Shown here: positions 24,004 to 24,724 of the stretch, piece by piece
How positions within the stretch are numbered: position 1 is the stretch's first letter
How the letters are laid out: each line of letters begins with the position of its first letter
Notes under the pieces: model-generated
The model's database searches: none
Seen by the model: only the letters and a program-made list of their open reading frames with translations
What the model was told of the DNA's origin: nothing
Virus record (IMG/VR): IMGVR_UViG_3300037307_000012
Span: 1 to 24,724 of that record
Reading direction: 5' to 3' (one strand)
DNA length: 24,724 nucleotides
DNA from: a virus
Taxonomy: Duplodnaviria; Caudoviricetes
Translations under genes and position numbers: made by a program

Positions 24004-24644
24004 GCGGCGTCCTCGTCCGACGGCGCGGCGAGACGGATCACATTCGCGGCCGGCCGCAACCCGACTGCCGGCGCTGACGACCCTCCGGCGATTACCCGCT
24101 TTGCAGCCGACTGGTCGCCGATGAGTGCGGGAGCCGGGATGGGTTTCCCGGTGCGTGCGTTGTGCGCCTCGCTGATGCCGATCAGCACGCGGGGGTAATC
24201 GCGGCTGGCGAGGCGACTACGGTAGCCGCGGTAGCGGGCCTCGAACTCCCGAGCGACGAACGGCCATTCGTCCTCGGTGCGTGAGCCCAGGCCGATCCAG
24301 CCGCCCATGTCCTGCACGACGACGTGGATCAGCGGGTCGTCGAACGCCACGGACTGGTAAATGCCGACGTGGCGGATGGCGCGGTCGACCTTTGCCCAAG
24401 CCCGCAGGGCGGTGTCTTGGGTCGACCCCTGCAGCATGCGGGTGACGTCAGCGATGCGTGGCATGTACTGGCCGGCATCGGGGTTGCGCATGTGGCGGTT
24501 GATGGCGTCCCGCACGGCATCGAGGTCGTACTCCTCCAGGCCCTGCCAGTACATGCCGATCAGGCCGTCGCTGATCTCGCGGCCGTAGTACTCGCCGAGC
24601 ATCGCGAGCATGGTCACGAACGCCGGCTTGTCCTGGGGCGTCAT
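24000..24644 (-). CDS. Phage replication-region protein (DUF6475-like; helicase loader/inhibitor-like N-terminus)
   Basis: YWQGLEEYDL..VRDAINRHMRNPDAGQYMPRIAD, AWAKV..AIRHVG.Y.SVAFDDPLIHVVVQDMGGW, EWPFVAREFEARYR. Confidence 0.8.
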   Translation of the reverse strand: MTPQDKPAFVTMLAMLGEYYGREISDGLIGMYWQGLEEYDLDAVRDAINRHMRNPDAGQYMPRIADVTRMLQGSTQDTALRAWAKVDRAIRHVGIYQSVAFDDPLIHVVVQDMGGWIGLGSRTEDEWPFVAREFEARYRGYRSRLASRDYPRVLIGISEAHNARTGKPIPAPALIGDQSAAKRVIAGGSSAPAVGLRPAANVIRLAAPSDEDAA

Positions 24645-24724
24645 GCGGATGCCTCCTGCGATTCGAGCCAGCGCTGTGCGGCGGCCATGTTGCGCTGGCC
24701 GACTGAGGTGAGCGGGACGATCTG
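24641..24724 (-). CDS. 3' end of an upstream gene, probably a replication initiator (partial)
   Basis: Open frame QIVPLTSVGQRNMAAAQRWLESQEASA* with ATGA overlap to the DUF6475-like gene; function inferred from position only. Confidence 0.5.
   Translation of the reverse strand, partial: QIVPLTSVGQRNMAAAQRWLESQEASA

Larger units (their letters stand above)
1..24724 (-). mobile_element. Tailed phage/prophage late region (Mu-like head and neck genes, lambda-E-type capsid, siphovirus-type tail)
   Basis: Contiguous, co-oriented, often overlapping (ATGA/TGATG) genes for terminase, portal, MuF, protease, capsid, lysis, tail tube and tape measure. No host genes or att site are visible. Confidence 0.97.

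Noticed and set aside
1-24724. CRISPR array, tRNA, diversity-generating retroelement, integrase/att site, stop-codon reassignment
   Set aside because: No repeat-spacer array, cloverleaf, reverse transcriptase or integrase was seen by eye; TAG ends other genes normally, so the single suspicious TAG does not imply recoding.

Overview
All credible genes lie on the minus strand. The window holds the late region of a high-GC tailed phage or prophage, read right to left: end of a replication gene, a DUF6475-like gene, terminase genes, a ParB/methyltransferase cassette, a Mor-type activator, a Mu-like portal, a ~6.7 kb accessory cassette, a MuF protein with a HEXXH extension plus a small partner gene, gpG-like, protease/scaffold, decoration, lambda-E-type capsid, gp36/gp37-like, a lysis cassette, tail tube and the start of the tape measure gene. 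Most notable: (1) a chimeric ORF in which the N-terminus of one terminase large subunit is fused to a RuvC-like C-terminus, marking a junction between two phage packaging modules; (2) a cassette between portal and MuF encoding three proteins that share motifs and may build an uncharacterised virion appendage; (3) a candidate MuF metallopeptidase toxin-immunity pair; (4) an apparent deletion fusing a C5 DNA methyltransferase to a truncated second methyltransferase; (5) two matching dyad motifs that are probably Mor-activated late promoters. Family calls come from motif recognition by eye; no searches were run.
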